Source: Bacillus phage PBS1. From it: 32,000 nt of DNA. The position numbers were made by a program, and so were the translations under genes. The stretch lies in sequence record NC_043027.1; one strand, written 5' to 3'. Every line of letters begins with the position of its first letter. The stretch's first letter is position 1. Under the pieces are notes generated by a model that did not search any database, was not told where the DNA came from, and saw nothing but the letters and a program-made list of their open reading frames with translations. Shown piece by piece: positions 9,330-19,138 of the stretch.

Positions 9330-9860
9330 TTATTCTCCTTTATTATTGATGTTAATTACTTCTACATCATGATTCTTCAATAGTTTCAGTGTTTCATTAA
9401 AGCCATCATATTCTTTATCAAATACAATATGTTTAATTCCATGTGTTATTAATTGTTTAGCACAATTAAAACAAGGTGAATATGTAATATAAGCTGTTGC
9501 TCCTTCAATTGAAACACCATTCTTATGCGCTTTTGCAATGGCATTCATCTCAGCATGAATTTCATGAATCAAAGACCACTTATGATGTTCTTCTTGATCT
9601 TCACATAATTCCCATCCCCAAGGATCAAATATATTTTTCATCCCTTTACCTAAAGTGGAATGTTTTTTATACCATTTTCCATCTCTTTTCATAAATTTAT
9701 CACAACAATTTTCTTTTCCAGAAGCAGTTCCATTTATACCTACTGCTAGAATATTAGTATCTTTTTCAATAATACAGCCAACCTGTTTAGCAGCACATTT
9801 AGATTCAATTGCAACTCTTTTTGCTATGTCCATATACATTAAATCCCATTTGTTTGTCAT
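9330..9860 (-). CDS. dCMP/cytidine deaminase-family protein
   Basis: Zinc motif HAEMNAI ... SPCFNCAKQL characteristic of deoxycytidylate deaminases; RBS GGAGG. Confidence 0.92.
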   Translation of the reverse strand: MTNKWDLMYMDIAKRVAIESKCAAKQVGCIIEKDTNILAVGINGTASGKENCCDKFMKRDGKWYKKHSTLGKGMKNIFDPWGWELCEDQEEHHKWSLIHEIHAEMNAIAKAHKNGVSIEGATAYITYSPCFNCAKQLITHGIKHIVFDKEYDGFNETLKLLKNHDVEVININNKGE

Positions 9861-9880
9861 TTTATTTCCTCCATAATAAA

Positions 9881-9892
9881 ATATACTTGTTT
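9881..9892 (-). promoter_or_regulatory. Promoter-like motif AACA(N6)TA (AACAAACAAGTA)
   Basis: 21-32 nt upstream of the deaminase start, just after the nrdF hairpin. Confidence 0.5.
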
Positions 9893-9915
9893 GTTCTTAA
9901 TTCTTTAAAATACAT

Positions 9916-9952
9916 AAGGAAAACCAGATATTATTCTGGTTTTCCTTTTTAA
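9916..9952. terminator. 12-bp perfect hairpin between nrdF and the deaminase gene
   Basis: AAGGAAAACCAG-ATATTATT-CTGGTTTTCCTT; the T-run lies on the plus-strand side. Confidence 0.65.
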
Positions 9953-11002
9953 TTAACTTTCAGAGAGTTCATTAAGTTCAGACATTAAGTCTACATCTAA
10001 GCGATCAATTTTAAATGTTTCTTTTGTAATAGGAGTTACATTTAGTGCTTTAGTATAACCATTTCCTTTTACTGAGAAGAAATCATGGTTTTTAGTAGTT
10101 GTATTAAGTCCATTTTCTACAACTGGATTAATATCTTCATCATCAAATAAATGATTAAAACCCAAGTTATCAAAAGCATTATTAGCATTATAGCGTAAGA
10201 ATGCATTTACTTCATCGACTAATCCTATTTTAGAATAGATCTCTTCAGTATATTCTAATTCATTTTCATAAAGATCCATTAATAGTTCATTTGCCCATTG
10301 AACTAATTCTTGCTGTTTATTAATATCAAATTTTTCAAATAACTCTTGAGCTAATAATCCCATATATTGACCATGAACTGACTCATCACGGATAATTAAG
10401 TTAATAATTTCACCACTGGCTACCATTTTGCCTTGTCCAGCTAGGTATAAAGGATAGAAGAATCCAGAATAGAATAAGAATGATTCTAACATTACACTGG
10501 CTACCATTGCTTTGTATAACATCTCATCAGTAATATCCTTAGTAAAGATAGCGTCATAATATTTAACAATTTTTTCGGCTTTATACTGAAGGTTCTTTTG
10601 TTCTTCTCCCCATTTAAAAATCTCATCAATTAGACTCATAGAACAAAGTGTTGAGAAAATAGCTGAATACGACTTAGCATGTACATGTTCCATTGCACCA
10701 CTAAAAGCAATAACGGCACTCTTTTGTTCATCTTTAATATGAAGAGAAATTAATGGCATTCCTGCATTTCCTTGTTCAGTATCCAATTTTGTTAAACCAA
10801 CAAGTACTTTGTAGTATGCTTCTTGTTCATCCTTACTAAGTACTTTATTCCAAGTAACAATATCTCCAGTTAAATCAATCTCTTTTTCTAACCAAAATTG
10901 GGAAGTATTAATATCCCAGAAATCAATAGTATATTCATCAGTAAGGCGGTTCCAGTTAACCGCCTTATGAACGATGGGTACAATTTTACTCTCTGTTGTC
11001 AT
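9953..11002 (-). CDS. nrdF: Ribonucleotide reductase class Ib, beta subunit
   Basis: Diiron motifs GAMEHVHAKSYSAIF and IIRDESVHGQYMG; adjacent nrdE and nrdI. Confidence 0.96.
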   Translation of the reverse strand: MTTESKIVPIVHKAVNWNRLTDEYTIDFWDINTSQFWLEKEIDLTGDIVTWNKVLSKDEQEAYYKVLVGLTKLDTEQGNAGMPLISLHIKDEQKSAVIAFSGAMEHVHAKSYSAIFSTLCSMSLIDEIFKWGEEQKNLQYKAEKIVKYYDAIFTKDITDEMLYKAMVASVMLESFLFYSGFFYPLYLAGQGKMVASGEIINLIIRDESVHGQYMGLLAQELFEKFDINKQQELVQWANELLMDLYENELEYTEEIYSKIGLVDEVNAFLRYNANNAFDNLGFNHLFDDEDINPVVENGLNTTTKNHDFFSVKGNGYTKALNVTPITKETFKIDRLDVDLMSELNELSES

Positions 11003-11028
11003 TTTATCTAGTCCTCTCCTCTTTTAAA

Positions 11029-13125
11029 TCAAACTGCACAAGATTCGCAGATGTCATCTCCTGATTTACTTCTATTACGTACATAGTAAAGACTCTTTAA
11101 ACCACGTTTATTGGCATAATACATATGACCAACTAATTGGTCTGTAGGGATATCGCTATTAACAAATAAAGTAGTGGAAATACCCTGATCAATATGTTGT
11201 TGGATTACTGCAACCATGTCAATAATTTTATTTTGATCCATATCATATGCTGATTTGTAAGACCATTGAGTTCTACCATCTAAATATGGCATTGGATAGT
11301 ATGTTGTAGAATCATGGTAAGTTCTATTTTCAATTCGACTCACAACAGGCATAATGGATTGAGTTGAGTTCTGTACATAGCTAATTGATTGTGTAGGTGC
11401 AATAGCAAGTCTATAAGCATGGTATAAACCATTTTCTTTTACTTGTTCTGCTAATTCAGCCCAATCTTCTTTTGTTGGAACAAAGATTCCCTCAAATAAT
11501 TCTTTTACTTTTTGACTTCTAGGTGTATAATCATTTTCAATATAACGCTTGAAATAATTACCATTAGCATATTCAGAATCTTCAAAACGATGGAATTTCT
11601 TGTTTTTCTCAATAGCAGTTTCCATACTACGTCTAATACTATGGAAATTCATAATTGCAAAGAATACATTAGCAAAGTCTCTTGCTACAGCACTTTCATA
11701 TGAAATACTATTTTTAGCAAGGAAGCCATGTAAGTTCATTGCACCTAAACCAACTGAATGGAATAGTGCATTTGCTTTTCTTATAGATGGTGCGTTTTTG
11801 ATATCACTCTTATCTGTTACAGATGTTAAAATATCCATTGCAATATCAACAGAATCTTTAAATTTTTTAGTCTCCATTACATTAACGATATTTAATGATG
11901 CAAGGTTACAACTGATTCCCAATCCTAATTCATCTTCTTCTCCATAATCATTAATTACTGATACTGAACTTAACTGCATAATTTCAGTGCAAAGGTTAGA
12001 GAATTTAATTTCACCAATTGCTTTTAAAGCATGTTCTTTATTAGCATTTGTTTTGAAGAACAGATAAGGGTATCCTGATTCTAATTGAGTCATTGCAATT
12101 TGATTCATTAGTTTCATTGGTGATAATTCACATACAAATTTTTTGATATTTGGATTATTAACTAATTCATCATACATTACATCTAGATCCATCTCATCTA
12201 AAGGAATTCCATATTCTTTTTCGACACTATAAGGAGAGAATGTATAGAACTCTTCTTCTCCTGATTCTAGCAATTGAATAAATTTATCAGGAACAATAAT
12301 TCCAGTTGAAAGTGTTTTCATACGAATGCTATCGTCAGCATTGATTTTTTTAGTATTTAGGAAATGAATAATATCTCCATGAAAAATATTAAGATAAACG
12401 GCTCCTGAACCTTTGCGCTGACCCATCTGATCAGCATAAGAGAAACTTTGTTCCAATAACTTCATTACAGGAATAACACCTTTAGCGGCATTTTCTTCAC
12501 CGTTTACTGGATCTCCAAGCATTCTTAATTTAGAAACATTTGTTGAAACCCCTCCACCAATTTTAGAGAGATATTTTGATTGTCCTTCAATATGACTAAT
12601 TGAGTTTAGAGTATCATCAACTTCATCTAAGAAACAAGATACAAGTTCTCCTCTTCTTGCTTTACCAGCATTAAGGAAAGTAGGAGTAGCAGGTTGAACT
12701 CTTTGTTCTATCATTGCAACAGCGGCTTGAATTGCTTTTTCTAGATCCCCATCAAATAGATATAGAGCAACAATAGCAATCCTATCTTGGTAAGTTTCTA
12801 AGTAATGTTTTTTATCTGTAGTTTTCAAGGCATAAGTACTATAAAATTTGGAGATAGCCATAAATGATTGGAAACTGAATGGTACTTTATTGATCGCTTT
12901 ATAAACTTCTTCAATTTGTGATAAACTATAATCTTGAAATACATTATAGTAATAGTTATTTCCAATTAACCAATTAAGACGTTCAAGTAAATTTGGAAAC
13001 TTAATAGAATATTCATCAATTTCTTCTGCAAAAGAAGAAATAGCTAATTTGTCATTTTCTAACTGCCAAAAACCATTGTCACCTTTTTTAGTGATACTGT
13101 TGTTGTATTTGAGATAATCCTTCAT
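11029..13125 (-). CDS. nrdE: Ribonucleotide reductase class Ib, alpha subunit
   Basis: QPATPTFLNAG, SCNLASLN, GLGAMNLHG, APTQSISY motifs and C-terminal CESC; no ATP-cone at the N-terminus. Confidence 0.97.
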   Translation of the reverse strand: MKDYLKYNNSITKKGDNGFWQLENDKLAISSFAEEIDEYSIKFPNLLERLNWLIGNNYYYNVFQDYSLSQIEEVYKAINKVPFSFQSFMAISKFYSTYALKTTDKKHYLETYQDRIAIVALYLFDGDLEKAIQAAVAMIEQRVQPATPTFLNAGKARRGELVSCFLDEVDDTLNSISHIEGQSKYLSKIGGGVSTNVSKLRMLGDPVNGEENAAKGVIPVMKLLEQSFSYADQMGQRKGSGAVYLNIFHGDIIHFLNTKKINADDSIRMKTLSTGIIVPDKFIQLLESGEEEFYTFSPYSVEKEYGIPLDEMDLDVMYDELVNNPNIKKFVCELSPMKLMNQIAMTQLESGYPYLFFKTNANKEHALKAIGEIKFSNLCTEIMQLSSVSVINDYGEEDELGLGISCNLASLNIVNVMETKKFKDSVDIAMDILTSVTDKSDIKNAPSIRKANALFHSVGLGAMNLHGFLAKNSISYESAVARDFANVFFAIMNFHSIRRSMETAIEKNKKFHRFEDSEYANGNYFKRYIENDYTPRSQKVKELFEGIFVPTKEDWAELAEQVKENGLYHAYRLAIAPTQSISYVQNSTQSIMPVVSRIENRTYHDSTTYYPMPYLDGRTQWSYKSAYDMDQNKIIDMVAVIQQHIDQGISTTLFVNSDIPTDQLVGHMYYANKRGLKSLYYVRNRSKSGDDICESCAV

Positions 13126-13507
13126 CTAATAATTCCACTCCTTTTATAAATACACTTCTATCTCTCTCTGTTCCTCGTTTTTGGAATTTACATATAAGCT
13201 TTGCGTTATTATACCTTTCACATATATAATCAGCGCTTTTAGCAAAATTTTCTTTTCCCCAGTTTCTATCACCACTTGCGGCAACTCCTACAAGGTATTC
13301 ACCATTATGCTTTAGAAATTCCATAGTTGAGGTTGGAGGTAATCCGTTTTGTTTTACTCCATCAATCCTTAAGGTAGTTGTATAAGTTACTAATACAAAT
13401 GGCTCTTCTACAATTAGATCCTTACTTATACGTTTAGCGTTAGTAAAACCACAATCCTTTACAAAAGATCTGGTACTACCAGTTCTGGTATCATATATGA
13501 TTAACAT
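13088..13507 (-). CDS. nrdI: NrdI flavodoxin-like protein
   Basis: MLIIYDTRTGSTRSFV..., GVAASGDRNWGKENFAKSADYI typical of NrdI; overlaps the nrdE start by 38 nt. Confidence 0.92.
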   Translation of the reverse strand: MLIIYDTRTGSTRSFVKDCGFTNAKRISKDLIVEEPFVLVTYTTTLRIDGVKQNGLPPTSTMEFLKHNGEYLVGVAASGDRNWGKENFAKSADYICERYNNAKLICKFQKRGTERDRSVFIKGVELLDEGLSQIQQQYH

Positions 13508-13520
13508 ATAATTCCTCCTA

Positions 13521-14561
13521 TTAAGGAAGTGTTATTCCTTTTGTTAATTCAATTTTAGATTTTTCTACCCCATAATCTTTTACTATCTTATTGTAAAAGA
13601 TATTAAGACCATTAAATCTTGCAAGCCTATTATTCTTAATAATATACTTATAAAAATCTAAGGTAACATCTTTATCTGAATATATTTCAATATCCACATT
13701 CAAGAGTGATAATGATGCTAGGTGATCTAAAACAAGTAAAAAGGATGTTCCATTACCAGATACGTATAAAGGTTTGTCGTCTTTGTTATAGATATGATTG
13801 TTTACCCCAATCAAATCTATGATTCCCTCAGTCATGATAATTTTATGTTCTGATTCAGACAAGTCTAATTTTTTCTTTAAAGCATATAGCTTTTTTGATT
13901 CTACCATATCAGGAAACAACGAAAAATTATGATAACGAAATCCAGTAATTTTTGGATCAAGACTTCTACAGATGATAGTATTCTTATCTGCCGTTAGAAA
14001 ACCTATAGAATGTTCTTGTACCTTTTTAAATAAATTCTTTTGTTTATCATTTTTAATTCTCTTTGTAATATCGATATTATTATTCTTGAAGAAATCAATT
14101 GGATTTAAGACAATTTTATACTTCTCTAGATCACTCTCAACAAAATCAATTTTTAATCTATCGGATAGGTATCTTATTTTCTTATTCTCCAATTCTGTAT
14201 ACTGATTAGGATAGAAATTTATTATCTTATCATTATTAAAATAATTAATTTCACTACCATATTTATATGATAATTTCTTTTTATAAGATATATTAGCCTC
14301 ATTAATGTGGCTTATTAAATTATAATCAGCAATTTTAAGTCTGCTTAGGAAATTTGATGTTATAATTCCACTAGAATGACACTTCTGACAGTAATATTTA
14401 TATGGCGCTCTATTCATTATGTAAAAGTGAGCACTATTTGGATCTTTAGTACTGTCTCCACAGAAAATACACCTAATAAAAATCTCATCTTTTTTTCCTG
14501 ATAAGCCACAAACACGTAGTTTAGATTTTAGATGTGAATACAAGAGGTTATTGTTCATCAA
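13521..14561 (-). CDS. DnaG-type DNA primase (zinc-binding domain plus TOPRIM-like)
   Basis: CIFCGDSTKDPNSAHFYI...YYCQKCHSSG zinc motif; MTEGIIDLIGV and EIYSDKDV TOPRIM-like motifs. Confidence 0.8.
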   Translation of the reverse strand: MMNNNLLYSHLKSKLRVCGLSGKKDEIFIRCIFCGDSTKDPNSAHFYIMNRAPYKYYCQKCHSSGIITSNFLSRLKIADYNLISHINEANISYKKKLSYKYGSEINYFNNDKIINFYPNQYTELENKKIRYLSDRLKIDFVESDLEKYKIVLNPIDFFKNNNIDITKRIKNDKQKNLFKKVQEHSIGFLTADKNTIICRSLDPKITGFRYHNFSLFPDMVESKKLYALKKKLDLSESEHKIIMTEGIIDLIGVNNHIYNKDDKPLYVSGNGTSFLLVLDHLASLSLLNVDIEIYSDKDVTLDFYKYIIKNNRLARFNGLNIFYNKIVKDYGVEKSKIELTKGITLP

Positions 14562-14584
14562 ATCCTTCTCCCATAGTTTAGTAC

Positions 14585-14596
14585 TAAAAAACTGTT
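14585..14596 (-). promoter_or_regulatory. Promoter-like motif AACA(N6)TA (AACAGTTTTTTA)
   Basis: 24-35 nt upstream of the primase start and downstream of a terminator. Confidence 0.5.
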
Positions 14597-14634
14597 AAAT
14601 TATCTCTTTAAAAGATCTTCAAAATAAAAAATTT

Positions 14635-14669
14635 AAAAGGACAATACCTTTAGTTGGTATTGTCCTTTT
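14635..14669 (-). terminator. 14-bp perfect hairpin with T-run
   Basis: AAAAGGACAATACC-TTTAGTT-GGTATTGTCCTTTT immediately 3' of the 14672-16066 gene. Confidence 0.85.
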
Positions 14670-14671
14670 TA

Positions 14672-16066
14672 TTAGATACACAATAACATATCAAGAACTT
14701 CTTCTGCTAAATGATCCGTAGAGAAATCTACTTCTTTATTTTCTTTATTCATAAACTTAGCATTTTTAATTGTCATTAACTGAAGGATAACATTATTTTT
14801 GTCCAAGATATTTTTAATAGGAAGATAACTCTTAAGAAGATAAGAATATTTATCAGAATGAATAATTTTATCAACAAGCTTTTTACGATTATTCATTTTT
14901 CTAACATTTGGTGCAATAGCACAACTTAAAATCTCTGGAATAATACTAAAATTCATTTCCCCAAGTTCTCTCGTCATTCCATATAATAAATAAAAGATAT
15001 CATTTTTATTAGAATTTACTTTAAACTTATTAGAATAATAAATCTTAACTAAATAAATCTGAATGGAGTTTAATTCTCTTCCATTAATAAATTCTTTCAT
15101 TACTTCATCAGTTACATTATATTTCTTTTTAATTTTTGCAATTTCCTGTTTAATACTACATTCGTTAATTATGGAATTACCTTGGTCATTTCTAAGCAAG
15201 TTAATTTCCATACGTTCTTGTTCTGATAGCTCCTCATCATCAGTTGTTTCTGCTTTAAGAGGTTTATAACTAATTGGATATTTAAATGTAAATAAGTATT
15301 TTAGTTTTTGTTTAATAACTACATCAAGATATGATATAACAGAACTATTATGTTTTAATTTAGGGAAGATTTTCTTAATAATTACTTTAAAATAATCTTT
15401 TACAATGATCATTAAGTCAGTAGACATATTCTTTAAGTAAGTCCAAATAACTACATCTGAATATTTAGTTTCAAATACTCGACTGTAGATAATCTTATAT
15501 AATTTATTGAGTGCATTCTTTTTACCATCATCAAAACTTTTAATGACTTCTTTAAAAATATCATAAACCAAAACTTCGTTAATATCATCATCACAATTAA
15601 AGTCACAGAGTATTGGTATTAAAATTCTCATCAATACTGAACTCTTAAGATAAATCTTATTAAGGTTATCTGTTACCTGAAGTTCAATATTAATTTTCTT
15701 TCCTTTACTTGCTTGGTTGAGATCAAGATCATATTCTTCTTCTACAATATCTGAGATGACATTTAATAATTTCTCATTCTTAATAAATAATCTTTCAATG
15801 TCACTATAAAATTCCATATGAGTATAATTTTCTTTTGTAGCCATATTATACCGAATTTCTAATAATGAATATGCTAAGTCATTATATTTATTAAGTACTA
15901 AATTTAGATCATCACTAATCTGGTCTAAACAGTTATAGTATGATCTCTTATTAATTGAGAAATTATTCATGTGAGAGATGTCATCCCTCCCAAATAATTT
16001 ATCAAACGCAATATTAATGTCTCTTGCTTGTTCATCAAAGCTTACATAATTCTCCAAAATGTCCAT
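14672..16066 (-). CDS. Uncharacterised protein (464 aa)
   Basis: Supplied ORF, RBS GGAGG. Confidence 0.85.
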   Translation of the reverse strand: MDILENYVSFDEQARDINIAFDKLFGRDDISHMNNFSINKRSYYNCLDQISDDLNLVLNKYNDLAYSLLEIRYNMATKENYTHMEFYSDIERLFIKNEKLLNVISDIVEEEYDLDLNQASKGKKINIELQVTDNLNKIYLKSSVLMRILIPILCDFNCDDDINEVLVYDIFKEVIKSFDDGKKNALNKLYKIIYSRVFETKYSDVVIWTYLKNMSTDLMIIVKDYFKVIIKKIFPKLKHNSSVISYLDVVIKQKLKYLFTFKYPISYKPLKAETTDDEELSEQERMEINLLRNDQGNSIINECSIKQEIAKIKKKYNVTDEVMKEFINGRELNSIQIYLVKIYYSNKFKVNSNKNDIFYLLYGMTRELGEMNFSIIPEILSCAIAPNVRKMNNRKKLVDKIIHSDKYSYLLKSYLPIKNILDKNNVILQLMTIKNAKFMNKENKEVDFSTDHLAEEVLDMLLCI

Positions 16067-16102
16067 ACCTCCTATATTATTTCATGATGTGAGAATCTTT
16101 TT

Positions 16103-16116
16103 TATAATATATATTT
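16103..16116 (-). promoter_or_regulatory. Promoter-like motif AAATATATATTATA
   Basis: 37-50 nt upstream of the 16066 start; recurrent motif. Confidence 0.5.
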
Positions 16117-16127
16117 AAAGTGTTATA

Positions 16128-16952
16128 TTACTTTTTCTTCTTTCTAACACTCATATTTTTCTTCATGTCTCTTTTCATGTTAGGACGTTTGTTTCTTTCT
16201 TGAGGATTTTTCTTAAGAGACTTTCTAGTTGTAGGACGACTATTAGATTTCTGAGAGTCTTCCTTCAAAGTTTTTCTCACTTCTCCATTATAACTATTTT
16301 TCTCTTTCTTTGCAACTCTTTTTTGAGATTTCTTCTTAGTCATCTCATTGTTCTTAACCCTATTATATTGCTTTAATTTTTCGTCAGTTGAATCAACTGC
16401 CTTTAATAAAAGAGTCTTAGAGAATTTTTTAATACTAGTAGTACTAATAACAGATTTAACATTAAATCTTCTGTGTTTAATATATAGTAGTGCAAAGTAA
16501 ACACTTTTTTCAAATCCATAAGATTGAATGGGATTTCGTGTATTAGGAGGTTCATTTAAAGCTTTATTAGATATTTTTTTCTTAAGGAAATCAATCAGAA
16601 TTCCATCTTGATTATATACATAGGCATACGTAAATAAAAAATTAGGTGCATTGCTAAATAATCTTACACTATAGTTATTGAATGTAAAATCTGAGTTAGC
16701 TTGATCGTTTATTGGAGAAAATTGTAATACAACATCATAAAATAATTTTTCATATGTTTCTGATGGTATTTTAAAATAAAAATAATAAATATCTTTATCT
16801 TTCATTATTTCTAATTTAAAATCTTTATGTTGCTTCATCATTTCATAAAATCTATCTTTTAGGTTTTGAATAGTAATATCCCTTCTTGCAAAGTAAGCTG
16901 AATATTTACCAGAAGGATTTTGTAATAATTGATTCATCGTTACAATCGCCAC
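16128..16952 (-). CDS. Uncharacterised protein with highly basic C-terminal tail (274 aa)
   Basis: Supplied ORF, RBS AGGAGG; last ~75 residues rich in K/R/N/S. Confidence 0.82.
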   Translation of the reverse strand: MAIVTMNQLLQNPSGKYSAYFARRDITIQNLKDRFYEMMKQHKDFKLEIMKDKDIYYFYFKIPSETYEKLFYDVVLQFSPINDQANSDFTFNNYSVRLFSNAPNFLFTYAYVYNQDGILIDFLKKKISNKALNEPPNTRNPIQSYGFEKSVYFALLYIKHRRFNVKSVISTTSIKKFSKTLLLKAVDSTDEKLKQYNRVKNNEMTKKKSQKRVAKKEKNSYNGEVRKTLKEDSQKSNSRPTTRKSLKKNPQERNKRPNMKRDMKKNMSVRKKKK

Positions 16953-16978
16953 TATATTTCCTCCTTTAGAAAATATAT

Positions 16979-17017
16979 TGATTAGACATTATAAATGTTT
17001 TATAATGTCTAATCAAT
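16979..17017 (-). terminator. 18-bp perfect inverted repeat between the chaperonin and the 16128-16952 gene
   Basis: TTGATTAGACATTATAAA-TGT-TTTATAATGTCTAATCAA; terminator or RNA processing site. Confidence 0.6.
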
Positions 17018-17023
17018 TTAAGA

Positions 17024-18712
17024 TTATTGCTGATACTGAACAGAAACGAATTGATTACTAGTAACTAAAAGTCCAATGATACTAAAAGTAGCTTTCATTA
17101 TTTCAATATCAGTTTGTGTTGAGTTAATAATTTTAGTATTACTAATATCTTCAAATTCATCAGTCTTGAGATTGTAAATTTTATCATTAACAATACACTC
17201 TGAAATAATATCATCAATTAGATTTTCATTATCTTCAAACTTATTCATTAAAACAGTCTCAAAAGAATTTCTGAATGCTTGTTTGATCTTAATGCTAAAT
17301 TCTTTGATAAAATTATATTTCTCATCATCATTAAAATATCTAAATAGGGATTTATCAGAAATAATTTTTTCAATAATAACATCTAAATTCTTATCAATAA
17401 TTCTAGGAATAATTAAATTTCCACCAGAGATATAACCATTACGTAAAGCCGAACGACATGCAAAAACTGCATCTTCCATGAGAAATTTACGAGTTTCTTT
17501 TTCTAACTCTGTACTTCCTCCAATAAAAAGATTAGCAATAGAACAATTTAAATCTGCAATTCTCTTTTTAATTCTATATTCATCTTCTGTAGTGTCGATA
17601 TATTTTTCACGTTTATTAATTTCTTCTAATCTTGTATTTAGATATTCAATTCTTTCTTTGATGGCTTCAGGATCCCCTTGACCTTCAATAAGCTTTGATG
17701 TATTTTCATTGACTGTTACTTTATTACATTTTCCTAGTTTATCAATATCAAATGCATCTAATTGTCCCATCTCAAATTTATCATAAATAGTAGCACCTAA
17801 ATATATAGCAAGATCTTCAAATGATTCACGATGGTGATCAGTAGCAAGTGCATAATCAATTGCCACTAAATCTTTTAATTCATCTCTTCGGTGATTAATT
17901 CTTAACATGTTGACTATTTCTGAAGAATAACCTTTAGAAATGATAACTAATGGTTTTTTTCTCCCAAGCATGACATCACCCATTAAGCTACCAATTAAAT
18001 CTGAGTCACTCTCATCTAATGTTTGATTAGACATAAATACTAAAGCATCTTTAAGTTCAGTAGTTACTTTATCCACTTGATTGGCAAAATCATTGGTAAT
18101 GTAGCCTCTATTTAATTCAATTCCTTTAGTTACAGTATAACTATCTACTATATCATCAGATAATTCTAAATTAATAAATCCATTAGCACCAATCTCTTTA
18201 TAAATATCATAAATAATTTGACCTGCTTTTTCATCATTATTATTAGATACTGTAGCAATCTCTTTAATAATATTAAAATTTTCTTCTGTAATTTCTGTTG
18301 CTTCATTTTTAATAAATTCTACTAATACTTCTTCGAATTTAGCCAGTGTATCAATAATATCTTTACGAGGTACTTTAAATTCAGTGATCAATGAGTCTAA
18401 CTCTTTAAAGAGAGAATTTGATACTACAATAGCAGAAGTTGAACCATCACCAACTTCACGTACTAAGCTTCTACTAATTTTCTTTACAATATCTAAAATT
18501 GTTGAAGCAATTTCATTATCAAACTTAATTTTATTTAAAATACTATAACCATCTTTTGTAATAGCATGATTTACAGTTAATTTATCTTGTATAATAGAAG
18601 TTGAACCATATGGTCCAAGACTATTAGAAAGAATAGTTGTGAGCGTATTTAAGGTTTCTGTTATTACTTCTTTTGTCTTACTTTGATCTGCTACATTTGA
18701 TTTAACTGACAT
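17024..18712 (-). CDS. GroEL-like (Hsp60) chaperonin
   Basis: LSNSLGPYGSTSIIQD, VREVGDGSTSAIVVSNSLFKEL, LMEDAVFACRSALRNGYISGGN correspond to the GroEL ATPase motifs GDGTTTAT and [20 protein letters not shown]. Confidence 0.88.
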   Translation of the reverse strand: MSVKSNVADQSKTKEVITETLNTLTTILSNSLGPYGSTSIIQDKLTVNHAITKDGYSILNKIKFDNEIASTILDIVKKISRSLVREVGDGSTSAIVVSNSLFKELDSLITEFKVPRKDIIDTLAKFEEVLVEFIKNEATEITEENFNIIKEIATVSNNNDEKAGQIIYDIYKEIGANGFINLELSDDIVDSYTVTKGIELNRGYITNDFANQVDKVTTELKDALVFMSNQTLDESDSDLIGSLMGDVMLGRKKPLVIISKGYSSEIVNMLRINHRRDELKDLVAIDYALATDHHRESFEDLAIYLGATIYDKFEMGQLDAFDIDKLGKCNKVTVNENTSKLIEGQGDPEAIKERIEYLNTRLEEINKREKYIDTTEDEYRIKKRIADLNCSIANLFIGGSTELEKETRKFLMEDAVFACRSALRNGYISGGNLIIPRIIDKNLDVIIEKIISDKSLFRYFNDDEKYNFIKEFSIKIKQAFRNSFETVLMNKFEDNENLIDDIISECIVNDKIYNLKTDEFEDISNTKIINSTQTDIEIMKATFSIIGLLVTSNQFVSVQYQQ

Positions 18713-18753
18713 ATTAATTTCCTCCTGATTTCTCTCTTTTGGAACATAGAAAA

Positions 18754-19086
18754 CTATTTTATTAAAAATACAATTTCATTTTCTGATAGTACTTTTACTT
18801 CATCTACATATTTATGATTATTAATAACTTCTATGGCTTTTTCTTTATTTTTATCTGACAATAGTTTAATGTGACAATTTTTAAAGGTATTAATTGAATT
18901 ATCATCAGAGAGGTTCTCACATAGAAAACCTCTTACAATTTTATAATACTCTATACTTTCTAGTATTTCAATAATCTTTAGAGCATTCTTTCTATATTCT
19001 AAACCTTTAAAAAAATTCTCTGATTTATATTTTTCATTATCTGTTTTAGTTAATTCACCATAGATGATATAATTTTCATTGTTCAT
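18754..19086 (-). CDS. Small uncharacterised protein (110 aa)
   Basis: Supplied ORF in operon context, with a purine-rich RBS. Confidence 0.7.
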   Translation of the reverse strand: MNNENYIIYGELTKTDNEKYKSENFFKGLEYRKNALKIIEILESIEYYKIVRGFLCENLSDDNSINTFKNCHIKLLSDKNKEKAIEVINNHKYVDEVKVLSENEIVFLIK

Positions 19087-19138
19087 CTTTCCCTCTACCT
19101 TTCTTTCCCCTCATGAGAGTAAAAGAAGAACATATATA

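Noticed and set aside
9497-9876. Plus-strand ORFs 9497..9694 and 9655..9876
   Set aside because: Antisense to the clearly conserved deaminase gene.
11512-11947. Plus-strand ORFs 11512..11703 and 11600..11947
   Set aside because: Antisense to nrdE.
11029-13125. Possible intron or intein in nrdE, a common insertion site in phages
   Set aside because: The reading frame is continuous over 698 aa with all RNR motifs in order and no extra block.
13972-17681. Plus-strand ORFs 13972..14205, 15063..15269 and 17478..17681
   Set aside because: Antisense to primase, the 464-aa gene and the chaperonin; no RBS.
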